51,707 bases of DNA from contig PWZC01000281.1 of assembly GCA_003567615.1 (NCBI GenBank), positions 1-51,707 on the forward strand, written 5' to 3'. Below the pieces are notes generated by a model that saw only the letters and a list, made by a program, of their open reading frames with translations, did not search any database and was not told the DNA's origin. Shown here piece after piece: positions 51,593-51,707 of this stretch (positions are counted from its first letter, which is position 1; each line of letters opens with the position of its first letter). Position numbers and translations under genes: made by a program. The DNA is from Gemmatimonadota bacterium. Its GTDB lineage: Bacteria > Gemmatimonadota > Gemmatimonadetes > Longimicrobiales > Gaopeijiaceae.

Positions 51593-51707
51593 CTACGGAT
51601 CCGAGCAGTCCCGCTGGTACCCGCACTGGAGGCAGAGGAGCTTGCAGTGGCGGTTCAGCATGGGGGCGCCGCAGAGGTCGCAGTGGAAGGCCTCCGCTTC
51701 CTCCACC
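51593..51707 (-). CDS. C-terminal fragment of a small Cys-rich (zinc-ribbon-like) protein; 5' end lies outside the window
   Basis: Manual reverse translation gives VEEAEAFHCDLCGAPMLNRHCKLLCLQCGYQRDCSDP*, with CxxC ... CxxxxCxxC spacing. Only 37 codons are visible. Confidence 0.35.
   Translation of the reverse strand, partial: VEEAEAFHCDLCGAPMLNRHCKLLCLQCGYQRDCSDP

Noticed and set aside
1-51707. CRISPR arrays, tRNA/rRNA genes, transposases, integrases, toxin-antitoxin or known phage-defence genes
   Set aside because: Scanned the ORF translations and intergenic regions by eye. I saw no repeat-spacer periodicity, no cloverleaf-like segments in the few intergenic gaps, and no DDE/tyrosine-recombinase or nuclease/helicase defence-type motifs.

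Overview
High-GC bacterial chromosomal window; the taxon cannot be assigned from sequence alone. Most of it is a very large cell-surface polysaccharide/glycoconjugate biosynthesis region. That region contains an initiating sugar-phosphate transferase, a Wzc-type BY-kinase, a Wza-type export protein, two paralogous fused ABC exporters and WecB. It also has about a dozen glycosyltransferases, four SAM methyltransferases, an acetyltransferase, two deacetylases, two canonical AsnB amidotransferases, and an ArnC/ArnT-like lipid-carrier module. These genes sit in long operons joined by ATGA/GTGA stop-start overlaps. The most interesting content is a lasso-peptide (RiPP) cluster at about 9.8-19.5 kb, inside this region. 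It has two precursor genes, one of 59 aa and one of 53 aa that is absent from the supplied ORF track. It has two AsnB-like lasso cyclases but only one PqqD-like RRE (B1) and one transglutaminase-like leader peptidase (B2). It also has an HPr-kinase-like kinase, a nucleotidyltransferase-fold protein and a two-gene ABC-2 exporter. Both predicted cores are unusually long (39 and 33 aa), each with a nine-residue ring closed on Asp9 and a Cys pair in the tail. Other points of note are a low-GC two-gene glycosyltransferase islet with an in-frame TGA in one gene, a formyltransferase-GT4 fusion next to a PIG-L deacetylase, a GlpD-like flavoprotein fused to an unknown HxH domain, and a degenerate GT2 paralog. 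The ORF track prints M for GTG starts and reports longest ORFs, so I trimmed many 5' ends to starts supported by stop-start overlaps that I checked in the DNA. No rRNA, tRNA, CRISPR array, transposase or integrase was seen. All homology calls rest on motif recognition by eye; no searches were run.
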